From positions 178,314 through 210,313 of the forward strand of contig NZ_CP060084.1 of the NCBI RefSeq assembly GCF_014211975.1: a stretch of 32,000 nucleotides of DNA. Direction: 5' to 3'. The notes beneath the pieces were generated by a model that saw only the letters and a list, made by a program, of their open reading frames with translations, had not been told where the DNA came from and did not search any database. Source of the stretch: Teredinibacter haidensis (GTDB lineage Bacteria; Pseudomonadota; Gammaproteobacteria; Pseudomonadales; Cellvibrionaceae). Shown here in pieces: positions 1 to 10,344 of this stretch. The position numbers were made by a program, and so were the translations under genes. Numbering within the stretch: the stretch's first letter is position 1; each line of letters begins with the position of its first letter.

Positions 1-140
1 TCGTGTGCCAGACAAGTACATTTACCGCACTGGGTGGCAACACCCAATTGATCTTGCACAGCGGCAAGGCTATCGGCGCCGTTACTCACCGCATCGCGGA
101 TATCGGAGTCTTTAATGCCTTTACACAAACATACGTACAT
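1..140 (-). CDS. bfd: Bacterioferritin-associated ferredoxin (Bfd), 3' end truncated by window start
   Basis: Not in the supplied ORF track. Reverse complement of 1-140 reads MYVCLCKGIKDSDIRDAVSNGADSLAAVQDQLGVATQCGKCTCLAH, with the CxC...CxxC pattern typical of the Bfd [2Fe-2S] domain. Confidence 0.92.
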   Translation of the reverse strand, partial: MYVCLCKGIKDSDIRDAVSNGADSLAAVQDQLGVATQCGKCTCLAH

Positions 141-558
141 AGCTTTTCTGAATACTCTTAACCAGTATGGACTAACGGGTGGTTAGTTAGTGAACAATAC
201 CAAGGTTAGTGCTAATGGGAATGATTGTCAATTAGTTTTGTGATTGGTTTTTGCCTTGAATCAATGATTTCGGTTATAAGCTGTGCCACGGGTAAAGCTG
301 TTTTCTCGTGTACTTGGCGGCGGTAATAGCTCTATGTCAGTTATATCCAAGTTGGTAAGGCTATTAGTATTTTTCGGCCTTAGTGATATATAAAATTAAT
401 GAAGAGTTGGTGAGTTGGGTGTGTATTATTACCCCTCACTATGAGTGTTGACGTGTTGATTGGCTGTTGTTTGAGCGCCGATAACATGTCAGCAGATCCA
501 TCCAAAGAACACACATCTTTTCCATTCGTTTTACTAACAGTTATCAAGGGAGATAAAA

Positions 559-1161
559 ATGGGCGTACTAGTCGGAAAATCTGCTCCAGACTTCACAGCA
601 CCTGCCGTTTTGGGCAGCGGTGAAATTGTTGACTCTTTCAGTTTCGCGGAAGCGACAAAAGGCAAGAAGGCCGTTGTTTTCTTCTATCCATTGGACTTTA
701 CCTTTGTATGTCCTTCCGAGTTGTTGGCTTTCGATCACCGTATAGCTGAGTTCGAAAAGCGCGGTGTTGAAGTTATTGGTGTTTCTATCGATTCTCACTT
801 TTCTCACAACGCATGGCGTAATACTGCAATTAACGACGGTGGTATTGGCCCAGTGAAGTACACTCTGGTTGCCGATATCACACACGCTATTTGTCAAGCC
901 TATGACGTTGAATCGGAAGGTGGTGTTGCTTTCCGTGGCTCTTTCCTGATCGACGAAGATGGTTTGGTTCGTCACCAGGTTGTCAACGATTTGCCTTTGG
1001 GTCGTAATGTTGATGAGATGCTGCGCATGGTTGACGCGTTGGCGTTCCATCAGGAGCACGGTGAAGTATGTCCTGCGGGTTGGCAGGAAGGTGATTCTGG
1101 TATGGACGCTTCTCCAGAAGGCGTTGCCAAGTACCTGTCTGAGAATGCCGAAAGCCTGTAA
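559..1161 (+). CDS. Typical 2-Cys peroxiredoxin (AhpC/TSA family)
   Basis: 200 aa; peroxidatic motif DFTFVCPSE, GGIG motif, resolving-Cys motif GEVCPAGW. Confidence 0.95.
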   Translation: MGVLVGKSAPDFTAPAVLGSGEIVDSFSFAEATKGKKAVVFFYPLDFTFVCPSELLAFDHRIAEFEKRGVEVIGVSIDSHFSHNAWRNTAINDGGIGPVKYTLVADITHAICQAYDVESEGGVAFRGSFLIDEDGLVRHQVVNDLPLGRNVDEMLRMVDALAFHQEHGEVCPAGWQEGDSGMDASPEGVAKYLSENAESL

Positions 1162-1182
1162 GCTTTTAGCTATACGAAGAAA

Positions 1183-1208
1183 AAGCCAGTGTTACACTGG
1201 CTTTTTTT
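1183..1208 (+). terminator. Rho-independent terminator, probably bidirectional, between convergent peroxiredoxin and transglycosylase genes
   Basis: AAAGCCAGTG-TTA-CACTGGCTTTTTTT inverted repeat with T tract, A-rich on the other side. Confidence 0.88.
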
Positions 1209-1269
1209 GGCTTTCATTTTATCGAAAGAGCCTTCGAGTTTGGAGTAGCCAATGGATTGCCCACAAGAG

Positions 1270-1854
1270 CTACCGCCAATTTTTACTCCACGCATCAATC
1301 ACTTTGCTCGAATAGGTATAGCGTCCATAGCTGCCATTGTAGCGAGCCAGGGCGTTGGCCCAGTGGCCTTTTTCTTTGTCGAGATAATGTTTGAGAATGG
1401 TACAGCCGTATTTAAGGTTGGTAACTAGATCAATTAAATTGTCGCTGTCTCGTCCAATTTCATGCTTCCAAAAAGGCATGATCTGCATCATACCCTGCGC
1501 GCCCACGCGAGATACCGCATAGCGATTGAAGTGACTTTCGATTTGAATAACGGCCAGTACAAATTCTGGTGGCAACTTTGCCCGCTTGGCTGCGCGATGA
1601 ACTTCTTTTAAGACGTTTAATCGGTAATCCGTGTCGGCTATATATTTTTCGAGAACAGTGGATTTTTGCATAAGCCAGACTTCGGCATCGAAACGGTCCT
1701 CAAAGCTGTCGGCTTCGGAAATAGTTTGCAGTAGTTTTTGGCGAAGCTCGTCGTCTACCTGCTCGAGATTGGCATGGCCAGGGAGAGAGCTCAGTAATAG
1801 GCCCGTATAAAAAACGGTGTAAAGTATGAGTTTTAGTGTACGGGCCGGGTTCAT
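1270..1854 (-). CDS. Lytic transglycosylase SLT-domain protein, exported
   Basis: 194 aa; N-terminal signal sequence, SLT signature AVIQIESHFNRYAVSRVGAQGMMQIMP and ALARYNGS. Confidence 0.9.
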   Translation of the reverse strand: MNPARTLKLILYTVFYTGLLLSSLPGHANLEQVDDELRQKLLQTISEADSFEDRFDAEVWLMQKSTVLEKYIADTDYRLNVLKEVHRAAKRAKLPPEFVLAVIQIESHFNRYAVSRVGAQGMMQIMPFWKHEIGRDSDNLIDLVTNLKYGCTILKHYLDKEKGHWANALARYNGSYGRYTYSSKVIDAWSKNWR

Positions 1855-1858
1855 AGTT

Positions 1859-3589
1859 CTAAAGGGTTATATTGTTTTTTAGGAAATCAACAATTTGCTC
1901 AAGGGCAATTTGCTGGTTGTCGCTATCGCGGCGGCCTTTGTATTCGATATTGCCTTCTTTCAAGCCGCGGTCGCCAACCACAATGCGGTGGGGAATACCC
2001 ATTAATTCAATATCCGCCAGCATGGCGCCCAAGCGCGCTTTGTTTTCGTCCATTAACAAAACATCGTAGCCAAGGGTCTGGAGTTCCGCGTAGAGTTGTT
2101 CACACTTTTCGGCAACGGCTTCAGATTTGTGCATGTTGATGGGCACAATCGCAATATGGAAAGGTGCAATGGCCTCCGGCCAAATAATACCGTTTTCGTC
2201 GTAATTCTGCTCAATGGCAGACGCCACAATGCGCGAAACTCCAATGCCGTAGCAGCCCATTATCATCGTGATATCTTTACCGTTTTCATTTAGTACGGTC
2301 GCTTTCATGGCCTCGGAGTATTTGGTTCCCAGTTGAAAAATATGGCCAACTTCAATGCCGCGTTTGATTTCCAGGGTGCCTTTTCCGTCGGGGCTGGGAT
2401 CACCGACAACAACGTTGCGAAGATCTTCTACGCGTATGTAATTTGCCTGCCCTTCTTTCCAGTTCACATCAGTCAAGTGGGCGTCGGTTTTGTTCGCGCC
2501 GCAAACGAAATTGACGGCGGCAGCGGCGGAACGGTCAGCGATTACCGCGATGCCTAAACCAATTGGGCCAAGAGAACCGACTTCTGCGCCCAGTTCGTCT
2601 TTAATGCGTTCTTCGGGTGCAAAGGTAAGGGGCTCGGCTACTTCTGGTAGTTTCGCAGCTTTAACGGCGTTTAGCGTGTGATCACCACGCAGCACTATAG
2701 CGACCAGCGGTTGGGTTTCACCATCTTCAGCATCACCCAATACCACCAGCGTTTTAAGTGTGTTTTTGGCTTCTACGTTTAAGAATGTTGCGACTTCTTC
2801 GATCGTTTTTTGTCCGGGGGTGGCGACTTCTTTCATGTCATCCGCAAGTTCAGCATCGCTGGGTAGGGGGGCAACCGCCTCGGCCATTTCTATATTTGCG
2901 GCGTAGCTGCTCTCGGAGCTAAAGGCGATATCGTCTTCACCGCTATCGGCAAGAACATGAAATTCGTGGGAGCCAGAACCGCCGATGGAGCCAGTGTCGG
3001 CCAGCACGGGGCGATACTCTAGGCCAATGCGATCGAAGATCTTGCAGTAGGCGCTGTGCATGACATCGTAGGTTTGCTGCAGAGATTCCTGGGAGGCGTG
3101 AAAAGAGTAGGCGTCTTTCATCAGGAATTCGCGCGCGCGCATAACGCCAAAGCGGGGGCGAACCTCATCGCGAAATTTGGTTTGAATCTGGTAAAAGTTC
3201 GCGGGTAGCTGTTTATAGCTCTTTATTTCGTTGCGAACTAGGTCGGTAATGACTTCCTCATGGGTTGGACCCAGGCAGAACGAGCGATCGTGACGGTCCT
3301 TTATGCGCAATAACTCGGGTCCGTATTGTTGCCAGCGTCCGGATTCTTCCCACAGCTCGGAAGGCTGAACGACGGGCATTAGTAGTTCCTGGGAGCCGGA
3401 TTTGTCCATTTCTTCGCGTACAATATTTTCTACTTTACGTAATACGCGCAAGCCTACCGGCAGCCAGTTGTACAGGCCCGAGGCCATTTTGCGGATCATA
3501 CCCGCTTTTAGCATCAGTTTGTGGCTAATAACCTCGGCGTCGGCTGGGGTCTCTTTTTGGGTGGCAATCAGGTACTGACTGGTACGCAT
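1859..3589 (-). CDS. proS: Prolyl-tRNA synthetase (bacterial type with editing insertion)
   Basis: 576 aa; begins [50 protein letters not shown]; class II aaRS motifs; YxxEF..ARFG-type region [20 protein letters not shown]. Confidence 0.98.
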   Translation of the reverse strand: MRTSQYLIATQKETPADAEVISHKLMLKAGMIRKMASGLYNWLPVGLRVLRKVENIVREEMDKSGSQELLMPVVQPSELWEESGRWQQYGPELLRIKDRHDRSFCLGPTHEEVITDLVRNEIKSYKQLPANFYQIQTKFRDEVRPRFGVMRAREFLMKDAYSFHASQESLQQTYDVMHSAYCKIFDRIGLEYRPVLADTGSIGGSGSHEFHVLADSGEDDIAFSSESSYAANIEMAEAVAPLPSDAELADDMKEVATPGQKTIEEVATFLNVEAKNTLKTLVVLGDAEDGETQPLVAIVLRGDHTLNAVKAAKLPEVAEPLTFAPEERIKDELGAEVGSLGPIGLGIAVIADRSAAAAVNFVCGANKTDAHLTDVNWKEGQANYIRVEDLRNVVVGDPSPDGKGTLEIKRGIEVGHIFQLGTKYSEAMKATVLNENGKDITMIMGCYGIGVSRIVASAIEQNYDENGIIWPEAIAPFHIAIVPINMHKSEAVAEKCEQLYAELQTLGYDVLLMDENKARLGAMLADIELMGIPHRIVVGDRGLKEGNIEYKGRRDSDNQQIALEQIVDFLKNNITL

Positions 3590-3751
3590 GTGAATCCTTA
3601 AGCTGTAGAATCAGGAAAAGTTATACTTACTTTGGCTAGACTTTAGATAGATCCAAAGATAGCCCGGTATTTTACGGCGCCTATAAGACTGTGGACAAGT
3701 CTAAAACTTCGGTGTTTGTATAAAGCTTACTGGTTTTAATGAGGAGATAAT

Positions 3752-4216
3752 ATGTTTGAACTTCATCCGCAACTCGTGCAAGACACGGTACCCCTGGGGC
3801 AATTTAAGCTATCACTGGTGCTGCTTCACAAGGATGCCAATTATCCCTGGTGCGTACTGGTTCCAAAGCGATCGGGAATTCGAGAAATCCACCATTTGAG
3901 TGTGGTTGATCAGCAGCAGTTGATACGTGAGTCGAGCCACCTGTCGGAGGTTATGACATCCCTGTTTGCACCTACAACTATGAATATTGCGGCATTGGGT
4001 AATATTGTGCAGCAGCTTCATGTCCACCATGTGGCCAGATATGACGGTGATGCAGCCTGGCCCGCATCTGTTTGGGGTGTCAAAGCGCCCGTCGAATATG
4101 AGTCGGGTGCGCTTGCTCATCGAGTGGAGCGCCTGCAGGATTCACTGGTAGGAGAAGGTTTTGAGGCGCAGACCATGGTGGATGACAGTAATAGTTCGCC
4201 AGGTTTTACGCCTTAG
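3752..4216 (+). CDS. HIT (histidine triad) domain protein
   Basis: 154 aa; contains NIAALGNIVQQLHVHHVARYDGDAAWPASVWG, a HIT-family triad region with an HVHH variant. Confidence 0.85.
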   Translation: MFELHPQLVQDTVPLGQFKLSLVLLHKDANYPWCVLVPKRSGIREIHHLSVVDQQQLIRESSHLSEVMTSLFAPTTMNIAALGNIVQQLHVHHVARYDGDAAWPASVWGVKAPVEYESGALAHRVERLQDSLVGEGFEAQTMVDDSNSSPGFTP

Positions 4217-4231
4217 TAGAGCAGCAGATAC

Positions 4232-4260
4232 AAAAAAGCCCGCTTCTGCGGGCTTTTTTG
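4232..4260 (+). terminator. Bidirectional rho-independent terminator between convergent HIT and HU-like genes
   Basis: AAAAAAGCCCGCTTCTGCGGGCTTTTTT. Confidence 0.9.
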
Positions 4261-4283
4261 TATCTGCTGAAGAGTCGAAAGGC

Positions 4284-4703
4284 TTATTCTGCCATTTCTT
4301 TCAGTTTCTTCAGTGGGCGCAGTTTAACCTGGATGCTGGCGGGCTTGGCAGCAAACATGGCCTCTTCACCGGTAAAGGGATTTATTCCTTTGCGAGCTTT
4401 GCGGGCAGGCTTTTTCACGGTCACAATTTTGAACAGGCCGGGCATAACGAATTCACCGCAAGCGCGCTTTTTGATGTGACCTTCGATAATGTCGGTCAGC
4501 TGGTCTAGAACCGCACTAACGTCCTTCTTGGGGAGTTCAGTGCTTTCGGCGATCTGGGTAAGAATTTGTGTTTTTGAGAAACGCTCTTTAACCGCTACGA
4601 TCTTTTTAACAGGAGCGGCTTTTGCAGCGGCTTTTACTGGAGCTTTCTTTACGGGTGCTTTACGGGCTGGGGCCTTTTTTGCTGGTGCCTTACGTGCTGC
4701 CAT
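4284..4703 (-). CDS. HU/IHF-family DNA-binding protein with Ala/Pro/Lys-rich N-terminal tail
   Basis: ORF track starts at 4733, but the internal ATG at 4703 (MAARKAPAKKAPARKAPVKK...) is preceded by GAGGTTT and is the more likely start. HU-like body FSKTQILTQIAESTELPKKDVSAVLDQLTDIIEGHIKK...GINPFTGEEAMFAAKPA. Confidence 0.85.
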   Translation of the reverse strand: MAARKAPAKKAPARKAPVKKAPVKAAAKAAPVKKIVAVKERFSKTQILTQIAESTELPKKDVSAVLDQLTDIIEGHIKKRACGEFVMPGLFKIVTVKKPARKARKGINPFTGEEAMFAAKPASIQVKLRPLKKLKEMAE

Positions 4704-4989
4704 AGGTAAACCTCGGGTTTTATTTGTTATCAATAGAAATTGTTGGCGGCATATTCAGTCTGTTATATACGGAGCAAATACGTCCTTTATCGAGCGGTGC
4801 CGCGCCTGGGGTATATATAGTGTATTCAAACCCGTGCAGCAACAAAAAAGTGCTATATATAAGGACTTTTTGCCTTTTTGGCTGTTTTTAGCTCACCGTA
4901 TAGGGGCCTGGCGCTGGAATAGTTGCCGTATTAGGTAGTGTGTCGTCACAAGATCCCGGTGCCGTGATTACACTACCGCTGGTCACGCC

Positions 4990-5018
4990 TTCATCAATGC
5001 CGGGGGCTGGGGTATAAT
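4990..5018 (+). promoter_or_regulatory. Candidate sigma70 promoter for fmdB-like/aspS/yebC
   Basis: Perfect -10 TATAAT at 5013-5018, weak -35 TTCATC at 4990-4995, 17-bp spacer, 70 bp upstream of the 5089 start. Confidence 0.5.
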
Positions 5019-5088
5019 GCCCCGCTTTTTTTGTGAGATCGAAGCTGTTGAGCAATTTTGGGGTTTAACAGCGTGGAGTTAGAAATTT

Positions 5089-5376
5089 ATGCCCATTTAT
5101 GAATATCGCTGTGAGAGTTGTGGCCACGAGCTGGAAGCTCTACAGAAAATGAGTGATTCACCTTTGGTGGATTGCCCTGAATGTAACGATGCCGGTTTGA
5201 AAAAGAAGGTCTCAGCGGCGGCTTTTCGCCTGAAAGGTGGTGGCTGGTACGAGACTGATTATAAGTCGGGAAAGAAAAAGAACCTTGCCAGCAATGATTC
5301 TTCCTCGCCCACGAGCAGTCAATCGGATACCAAAGCGCCTTCTAGCAACGGTACCGGCAAGCCGAATAAGAGCTAG
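5089..5376 (+). CDS. FmdB-family zinc-ribbon regulatory-like protein
   Basis: 95 aa; MPIYEYRCESCGHELEALQKMSDSPLVDCPECNDAGLKKKVSAAAFRLKGGGWYETDYK is the standard FmdB zinc-ribbon form; directly upstream of aspS. Confidence 0.93.
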   Translation: MPIYEYRCESCGHELEALQKMSDSPLVDCPECNDAGLKKKVSAAAFRLKGGGWYETDYKSGKKKNLASNDSSSPTSSQSDTKAPSSNGTGKPNKS

Positions 5377-5426
5377 GCAGGTGTTAATTGCTAAATGAAA
5401 TTATTAAACTTACGGGAATAGAAACC

Positions 5427-7232
5427 ATGCGCAGTGTCTACTGTGGCGTATTAGAAGCGTCCAATATTGATGAAGAAGTAACCTTATGCGGTTGGGTAGA
5501 TCGCCGTCGTGATCACGGTGGAGTAATTTTTATTGATCTGCGCGATCGAGAGGGCATTGTGCAGGTCGTGTTCGATCCCGACGGGGAAGAAAACTTTGCG
5601 CTGGCAGATAAAGTGCGGCCCGAATATGTCTTGCAGGTAACCGGTAAGGTTCGCGCACGCACGGAATCTACCGTTAACTCTAATATGGCAACCGGTGAAG
5701 TAGAGGTCTACGGTACCGGTCTGCAAATTCTGAACAGTGCGGAAACACCTCCTTTTCAGCTGGACTCTCATATTTCCGTTGGTGAAGATGTGCGCTTAAA
5801 GTACCGTTACCTGGATTTGCGTCGCCAGGAAATGCAGCGCAATTTGTATTTCCGCTCTAAGGTGACAACAGCCATCCGGAATTATATGGATGAGCACGGC
5901 TTTCTCGATATCGAAACTCCAATTTTGACTCGGGCTACCCCAGAGGGGGCTCGCGACTACTTGGTGCCTTCCCGTACTCACGACGGCAAGTTCTTCGCGT
6001 TGCCGCAATCTCCCCAGCTGTTTAAACAGTTGCTGATGGTTTCGGGTTTTGATCGTTATTACCAGATAGCCAAGTGTTTTCGCGATGAAGATTTACGTGC
6101 TGATCGTCAGCCAGAATTTACTCAGATCGATATTGAAACATCGTTCATGGATGAAGACGGCATTATGTCTGTTACCGAGGACATGATTCGCAAACTATTT
6201 AAAGACTTAATGGGTGTGGACCTCGGCGATTTTCCGCGTATGCCTTATGCCGAGGCGATGGAACGATATGGTTCCGATAAGCCGGATATGCGTATTCCGC
6301 TGGAAATGATCGAAATAAAAGATTTGATGAAAGATGTAGAGTTTAAAGTTTTCTCTGCTCCGGCGAACGATCCGAAAGGTCGCGTAACCGCGATGAAGGT
6401 ACCTAAAGGTGGTGAAATCCCTCGCAAGAAAATTGATGCTTACACTAAGTTTGTGTCTATCTACGGTGCTAAAGGTCTGGCGTACATCAAGGTTAATGAT
6501 AAAGACGATCTGGAGAATGGCCTGCAATCACCCATTGTTAAGTTCTTGCCCGCAGGTGTGTGTAAAGCCATCCTGGAGCGTGTGGGAGCCGAAAACGGCG
6601 ATTTAATCTTCTTCGGGGCTGATAGCTATAAAGTGGTTTCTGAGGCGCTGGGCGCGCTGCGCTGCAAACTGGGTGAAGATCTGGAATTGTACACCTGCGA
6701 TTGGTCCCCTCTTTGGGTTATCGACTTCCCCATGTTTGAAGAAATCGATAACGGCGGTTTAACGGCGCTGCATCACCCGTTTACCGCTCCATCCTGTACA
6801 CCTGAAGAACTGAACGCTAACCCTGCTGTCGCGCTCTCCCGCGCATACGATATGGTTTTGAACGGCTGCGAGTTGGGCGGTGGCTCTGTGCGTATTCACG
6901 ATCAGAAAATGCAGCAAGCTGTATTTGAGATTCTCGGGATTGAAGAGGATGAGCAGCGCGAAAAGTTTGGTTTCCTGCTGGATGCATTAAAATACGGTGC
7001 TCCACCCCATGGTGGGCTGGCCTTCGGTCTTGACCGTTTGATTATGTTGATGACTGGTTCTGACTCGATTCGCGATGTTATTGCTTTTCCGAAAACGCAG
7101 TCTGCCGCTTGTGTGATGACAGATGCTCCGGGAGCCGTGGATAGTGATCAACTGAAAGAGTTACATATTCGCCTGCGAGCGAAGCCTCAGCCCCAGAGTG
7201 CTGAAGGTTCAGGCGAAAAAACGGAAAAATAA
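5427..7232 (+). CDS. aspS: Aspartyl-tRNA synthetase
   Basis: Homology-style start [51 protein letters not shown]. The ORF track start at 5388 adds 13 residues with less support. C-terminal class II motif [27 protein letters not shown]. Confidence 0.97.
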   Translation: MRSVYCGVLEASNIDEEVTLCGWVDRRRDHGGVIFIDLRDREGIVQVVFDPDGEENFALADKVRPEYVLQVTGKVRARTESTVNSNMATGEVEVYGTGLQILNSAETPPFQLDSHISVGEDVRLKYRYLDLRRQEMQRNLYFRSKVTTAIRNYMDEHGFLDIETPILTRATPEGARDYLVPSRTHDGKFFALPQSPQLFKQLLMVSGFDRYYQIAKCFRDEDLRADRQPEFTQIDIETSFMDEDGIMSVTEDMIRKLFKDLMGVDLGDFPRMPYAEAMERYGSDKPDMRIPLEMIEIKDLMKDVEFKVFSAPANDPKGRVTAMKVPKGGEIPRKKIDAYTKFVSIYGAKGLAYIKVNDKDDLENGLQSPIVKFLPAGVCKAILERVGAENGDLIFFGADSYKVVSEALGALRCKLGEDLELYTCDWSPLWVIDFPMFEEIDNGGLTALHHPFTAPSCTPEELNANPAVALSRAYDMVLNGCELGGGSVRIHDQKMQQAVFEILGIEEDEQREKFGFLLDALKYGAPPHGGLAFGLDRLIMLMTGSDSIRDVIAFPKTQSAACVMTDAPGAVDSDQLKELHIRLRAKPQPQSAEGSGEKTEK

Positions 7233-7247
7233 AACGGGTAAAAAACA

Positions 7248-7988
7248 ATGGCGGGTCACAGTAAGTGGGCGAACACCAAGCACCGTAAGGCTGCGCAAGA
7301 TGCTAAACGCGCGAAGACATTTACCAAAATTATTCGCGAGTTAACGGTTGCGGCCAAAGCTGGAGGTAATCCGGAAGACAATCCCAAGCTGCGGGCAACC
7401 ATCGATAAAGCGCTGGGTGCAAATATGAAGCGCGATACTATCGATAAAGCGGTTGCCCGCGGTGCCGGCGGTGCGGATGGTGAAAGCTATGATGAGATTA
7501 CTTACGAGGGGTACGGTGTCGGTGGTGTTGCAGTGTTGGTTGAATGTCTTACCGATAATCGTAACCGTACTGTTTCCGAAGTGCGCCATGCCTTTGTTAA
7601 GCGCGGTGGGAATTTGGGAACCGATGGATCTGTGGCCTACCTGTTCACCCGCAAGGGGCAAATTAGTTTTGCTCCGGGTATCGATGAAGATCAGGTAATG
7701 GAGGTTGCGTTGGATGCCGGGGCAGAAGATGTCGAGTCTAATGACGATGGCTCCCTGGATGTGACTACAGCTTTCGAGGGTTACCTGGGGGTTAAAGAGG
7801 CGATGGTTGCTTCTGGTCTGGAGCCCGCCAATGCAGAAGTCGCTATGATTGCTTCAGTGCAAGTACCTATTGCTACGCAGGAAGATGCTGATAAAACCCT
7901 GGCGCTGATCGATATGCTCGAAGATCTGGATGATGTGCAGAGTGTTTTTACTAACGCCGATATTCCAGACAAATTTTTCGGCGAATAG
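7248..7988 (+). CDS. yebC: YebC/PmpR-family probable transcriptional/translation regulatory protein
   Basis: 246 aa; [49 protein letters not shown]. Confidence 0.97.
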   Translation: MAGHSKWANTKHRKAAQDAKRAKTFTKIIRELTVAAKAGGNPEDNPKLRATIDKALGANMKRDTIDKAVARGAGGADGESYDEITYEGYGVGGVAVLVECLTDNRNRTVSEVRHAFVKRGGNLGTDGSVAYLFTRKGQISFAPGIDEDQVMEVALDAGAEDVESNDDGSLDVTTAFEGYLGVKEAMVASGLEPANAEVAMIASVQVPIATQEDADKTLALIDMLEDLDDVQSVFTNADIPDKFFGE

Positions 7989-8020
7989 CTCTTTTTCTTA
8001 GCTGCGAACTCTTCTCTGTT

Positions 8021-8060
8021 AAAAATGACCGGTAAACAATTGTTTGCCGGTCATTTTTCT
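8021..8060 (+). terminator. Strong rho-independent terminator after yebC
   Basis: AAAAATGACCGGTAAACA-AT-TGTTTGCCGGTCATTTTT, about 18-bp stem with 3' T tract. Confidence 0.9.
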
Positions 8061-8166
8061 AAAATTCCCCTTTAAACTTGCCTCTCTTTGTTTTCGCTCT
8101 ATTGCTCTTTTAGTGTGATTTCATGCAGACTGTTTTTATCTTTCAGCCAAGCATAAGTCTTCTATT

Positions 8167-9318
8167 GTGAACTCTGATCTCGTTATTCATCTTAATGCCA
8201 TTGCCTACAATTGGTTGCAGTTAAAGGCCAAATTAAATCCGACTGTTGAATGCGGAGCCGTTGTTAAGGCCGACGCCTATGGTTTAGGGGTTATCCCTGT
8301 TGTTCAGGTACTGCTTAAAGCGGGCTGTAGGCACTTTTACGTTGCTAGCTTACAAGAGGCGCTTTTCGTCCAGGGGCAGTTGGACGAGATTGTTGAGGCG
8401 CACGGGCTGAGTACGGCTGATTGTCAGTTGTATGTGCTTTCGGGGTGTGCTCCCGGCGAAGAGTTGGTTTTTGCGGAGCATCGTATAGTGCCGGTGCTTA
8501 TTAGTGGCGAAATGTTTTTTCGTTGGTGTTCTGCGTTGAGAGGAGCTGGCTTGCGATCCGGTTCTGTTTCCTCCGTATTGAAAGTGGATACAGGGATGTC
8601 GCGTCTGGGCTTGAGTCAGGACGAGTTTGATCTGGTCGTAGCATCACCAAAAGATTTACAAACAGCGGGAGTTAAGCGCTTAATGAGCCACTTGGCTTGT
8701 GCTGACGAGCCGAATCATCCGCAAAATGAACGGCAGCTTCAGCGCTTTCAGCGTTACGCTTCTCGGTTGAAAAAATTACTGCCGAGTCTCAAGTGCGGTC
8801 TGGCCAATTCTGCCGGTATTTTGCTAGGTGATGATTATCATTTTGATACAGTAAGGCCAGGTATAGCGATTTATGGCGGTAATCCGCAGTTGCGGGCGGA
8901 AAATATATTTCGGCCTGTGGTTGAATTAAAGTTGCCAGTACTGCAGGTGCGAGAGATCTCCAGTGACGCTTGTGTTGGCTACGGTGCAACATATTGCTTT
9001 AGTTTGCCTGCGCGGGTGGCGGTTGTTGCGGGCGGGTATGCCGACGGCTTATTTCGTGCGTTATCTAATCACGGTGAGTGCTGGATTGAAAAAAAAGGCG
9101 GGAAGGGCTGGCGGGCACCAATAGTGGGGCGAATATCTATGGATAGCACCATTGTTGATATTTCTCATCTGGCCGAGGGCACGGTTAAGGCTGGCGATCG
9201 CTTGGAGTTTATAGGTAAGAATATTTCACTGGATGAAGTGGCGGAAAAGGCGGGAACGATCGGTTATGAAGTTCTCACCGCTCTGGGGCATCGCTATTTG
9301 CGAACATACAAAAGCTAG
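8167..9318 (+). CDS. alr: Alanine racemase, GTG start
   Basis: 383 aa; PLP-lysine motif AVVKADAYGLG, KVDTGMSRLG, GYGATY, GRISMDSTIVD, GYEVLTALGHRY. Confidence 0.93.
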   Translation: MNSDLVIHLNAIAYNWLQLKAKLNPTVECGAVVKADAYGLGVIPVVQVLLKAGCRHFYVASLQEALFVQGQLDEIVEAHGLSTADCQLYVLSGCAPGEELVFAEHRIVPVLISGEMFFRWCSALRGAGLRSGSVSSVLKVDTGMSRLGLSQDEFDLVVASPKDLQTAGVKRLMSHLACADEPNHPQNERQLQRFQRYASRLKKLLPSLKCGLANSAGILLGDDYHFDTVRPGIAIYGGNPQLRAENIFRPVVELKLPVLQVREISSDACVGYGATYCFSLPARVAVVAGGYADGLFRALSNHGECWIEKKGGKGWRAPIVGRISMDSTIVDISHLAEGTVKAGDRLEFIGKNISLDEVAEKAGTIGYEVLTALGHRYLRTYKS

Positions 9319-9336
9319 CGACGGTTTAACACGCTT

Positions 9337-10344
9337 ATGAATTCAAATCAATTATTACTGATTCAGTGTTTGGCCGATGGTGAGTTTCACTCGGGAGAAA
9401 AGCTGGGCGAGTTGGCGGGTATCAGTCGAGCCGCCGTGTGGAAGCAGTTGCAATCGTTGCAGCCGCTAGGAATTGAGGTTATCAGTCATAAGGGTAGGGG
9501 CTATGCGTTAGGTGCTGCCCTCTCCTTGCTTGGGGGCGACAAAATATTAGGGCGGCTCAGCGAGGCGTCCCTGCCGCTTGTATCAGCGCTTGACGTCATT
9601 CAGCAGGTCGAGTCCACCAATCAAACCGTGTTGCAACATATTGGCAGGGGCGGTGGTCATGGCTACATCTGTCTGGCAGAGCAACAAACCGCTGGTCGCG
9701 GTAGGCGTGGCCGGGTCTGGCAAAGCCCCTATGCGGCGAATGTATACCTCTCCATCGGTTGGCGCTTTTCCCAGGGGGTTGCAGCGCTTGAGGGGTTAAG
9801 TTTGGCTGTAGGTGTGGCGGTCGCAGAGGCGCTTTGCGCCCTTGGTTATGATCAGCCGCGTTTGAAGTGGCCTAACGATGTGCTAGTAGAGGGGCGAAAG
9901 CTTGGCGGCATCTTGCTGGAAATGTCTGGTGATGCCAGTGGCGATTGTTATATTGTCGTTGGTGTTGGGCTAAATGTTCGCATGCCTGAAGCCCTTGGCG
10001 CGAGTATAGATCAAGCGTGGGTCGATTTGGCCTCTTTGCCTGCTAAAGATGGTCTTAAGGCTGGCCTGGATAGAAATGCGGTTGTTGCTGCGTTGTTGAA
10101 TGAGCTTATACCCCTGTTGTCGAATTACGAACAGAGCGGTTTTAGCCGTTATAAAAAGCGATGGGAAAAATTGAACGCTTATCGTGATCGGGAGGTTTCC
10201 CTGGTTATGCCCAATAGCACCCTGGATGGCAGGATGCTGGGTGTCACCGAAAGCGGAGGTCTACGCCTGCTGGTGGGCGCGGAAGAGCGCGTTTTTCTTG
10301 GGGGTGAAATCAGTGTTCGCGAGCGTCCAGTGGGGAGGGGGTAA
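9337..10344 (+). CDS. birA: Bifunctional biotin-protein ligase / biotin operon repressor BirA
   Basis: N-terminal HTH (FHSGEKLGELAGISRAAVWKQLQSLQ) plus ligase motif AEQQTAGRGRRGRVWQSPYAANVYLSIGWRF and KWPNDVLV. Confidence 0.95.
   Translation: MNSNQLLLIQCLADGEFHSGEKLGELAGISRAAVWKQLQSLQPLGIEVISHKGRGYALGAALSLLGGDKILGRLSEASLPLVSALDVIQQVESTNQTVLQHIGRGGGHGYICLAEQQTAGRGRRGRVWQSPYAANVYLSIGWRFSQGVAALEGLSLAVGVAVAEALCALGYDQPRLKWPNDVLVEGRKLGGILLEMSGDASGDCYIVVGVGLNVRMPEALGASIDQAWVDLASLPAKDGLKAGLDRNAVVAALLNELIPLLSNYEQSGFSRYKKRWEKLNAYRDREVSLVMPNSTLDGRMLGVTESGGLRLLVGAEERVFLGGEISVRERPVGRG

Noticed and set aside
441-623. 60-aa ORF upstream of and overlapping the peroxiredoxin start
   Set aside because: Overlaps the clear peroxiredoxin N-terminus out of frame and shows no recognisable domain.
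4780-4880. Two TATATATA stretches in the long intergenic region upstream of the HU-like gene
   Set aside because: AT-rich promoter-like sequence, but no symmetric or repeated unit strong enough to call a specific element.
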